A stretch of 64,000 bases of DNA from positions 58,716,001 to 58,780,000 of the forward strand of contig NC_058382.1 of NCBI RefSeq assembly GCF_018350175.1. Direction: 5' to 3'. Of this stretch, positions 62,374 through 64,000 are shown in pieces. The notes under the pieces are model-generated. The model searched no databases. It saw only the letters and a list, made by a program, of their open reading frames with translations, and was not told the origin of the DNA. How positions within the stretch are numbered: position 1 is the stretch's first letter; each line of letters starts with the position of its first letter. Position numbers and translations under genes: made by a program. The DNA is from Felis catus. Its lineage: Eukaryota.

Positions 62374-64000
62374 GTCATTCCCTTCTAGGGGGGATTTATC
62401 CATCTATTTTCTCCTCTCAAATTAAAAAAACCAACACTTAATCTCTTAATGGAGGCTTACGGAATTCAAACGGGGCAGCTCTTTCCCGGAAATAGCGGAT
62501 GATAAGGAAGAGAACAAGGACGATACGGACAAAGCACGACAGATTCATGACTGATGCCGCCCCTGGGGGAGGAGTCTATTCGAACCCAGCGACCCAGGGG
62601 GCAGAGGCACGGCTCCCGTGGACGTGGACGGTTGCTCTGGGCGGCTTAGCAACAGACGGGAGCGCCTGCCTCAGCAGCGGGCGGCGACACCGTGTGGGGC
62701 TGGGGCTTTCCACCTGCAGTCACGCTCTGCGGGGCCAAGCTGGTCCTGCCCCTTCGGCCCTGCACCAGCGCCGTGAGCACCCCAGCACCCCCCTCCCCCC
62801 CAGGCCGGGCCTAACGGCAGCACCGTGGGGAGAGACACAACAGGTGAGTATTGTCACCTGGGGAGAGGGGCGGGTGGAATGGCCCTCTGCAAAGAGGGGA
62901 CGGCGGATGCCTGCTCCGAGGCTCAGAGCGAGGGACGCCTGGCGTGAGGCTTTGGCCGCACATGCTATTGGCCCGTGTGCCCCAAGGGGCCGCCAGCAGG
63001 CGCTCCCAGGTGGGCCCCTGGCACGAGGTCTGTCAGGACGGGCGTCATGCTTAAAAGAGGCAGACAGACGTAGGGGGGCTCCCGGTTCTGTTGCCCTGCA
63101 GCCGCGTGACCGGGGCCTCCTCGTCCTCCTCCGTAAACGGGCACGTAGAGGCCCCCGGCCACTGGGTTGCCGGGTGGGCGCCAGGAGATGACCCCTCTCG
63201 AGCGCATCCCCCTGCCTGGCACCCAGCAGCCACGCCAGTCCGCGCCGGCCGGCATTGTAAGTGTCACGTGCCCGGAGGCCTGATCACAATCACCTCGCGC
63301 CACAGAAACGCAGAACTCCGGACAGGGCAGGGATGAGCAACCCCGGGCTCGGGCCTCGACCCTGGGGTAACTGGAGACAAAAGTGTGGGATCAGACTTGC
63401 AATCAAAGAGGGAGAGCGTTTGCAAACGAGCAGGTTACGGTTAACATAAACTTTGGAAACCATGAGGAAATTAAGGATATCACTTTAAATTAAATATCTT
63501 AAGTAGACATGTACTTTAAATGTGATAAGACAGCTATGGTACATTAAGTCAATGCCGATTGGTAATTAAAAGCGGGTTTCTCCAGGCTTAGCTGCCCGGG
63601 AGGAGAGATCAACGTCTTTGTACAGGAGCTGACAGTCGTCGGAAGTATGGTTTTAATCATCCCCGGCCCCACTTGCTCTCTGCTTGGCAATAATAATGAT
63701 TTGTTCTCGTAATGAAATAATATTCATTTACCGCAAACGCACTGCGCACACGGGGCACGATACCATCGGTGTCGCGCCCTGATTAGGACTCCGCTACACG
63801 ATGATTTCACGGAATTCCAGAATATCAGAGCGGCAGCGGGGGGAGGTCGATTCGGGTCCCGGCCCTTCATCCCTTCATTTCACACGTTTGACCAAGGGAT
63901 TGCGTGGTTCAGGTTGCACCTGGCCGGAGCTTCCGGGAGGTTCCAGGGAGAGCCGAGCAGGGGTGTTTCCGGGAAGCTGCTTGTCACGCTGTGTCCTCTC

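Noticed and set aside
62841..62849. Strong donor-like CAG|GTGAGT within a 230-aa ORF
   Set aside because: No convincing upstream acceptor or recognisable coding sequence.
1..64000. CRISPR arrays, operons, rRNA or other prokaryotic systems
   Set aside because: The sequence is mammalian; there is no repeat-spacer periodicity or dense gene-like ORF structure.
1..64000. Naming the host gene or chromosome
   Set aside because: No exon was recognised, so any gene symbol would be a guess.

Overview
Mammalian nuclear DNA, almost certainly felid: it holds 13 tRNA-derived Can-SINEs, several of the young cat-type SINEC_Fc form. The window is GC-rich, repeat-dense and looks non-coding (long intron or gene desert). 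I could not recognise any protein-coding exon or name a gene, and the long ORFs in the track come from stop-poor GC-rich or microsatellite sequence. The content is Can-SINEs (many with clean target-site duplications, TSDs), ancient eutherian repeats (MIR, L2, L1M 3' ends, MLT1 and LTR16 solo LTRs, MER33, MER45A, MER81, MER5A) and large (CATC)n and CA/TG arrays, plus a few AT-rich, motif-dense islands that may be enhancers. The strongest signals are: (1) old, originally AT-rich L1 fossils rewritten A/T->G/C until one now looks like a CpG island, beside others that kept their AT content, suggesting kb-scale GC-biased gene conversion; (2) 12 of 13 Can-SINEs on the minus strand, with a well-formed 51-nt + strand candidate exon at 456-506; (3) a possible piggyBac/PGBD4-like transposase fossil at ~35.4-35.95 kb; (4) a tail-only retroinsertion with a perfect 16-bp TSD. 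Repeat family names come from my recollection of consensus sequences, not from a database search, and boundaries of old repeats are approximate.
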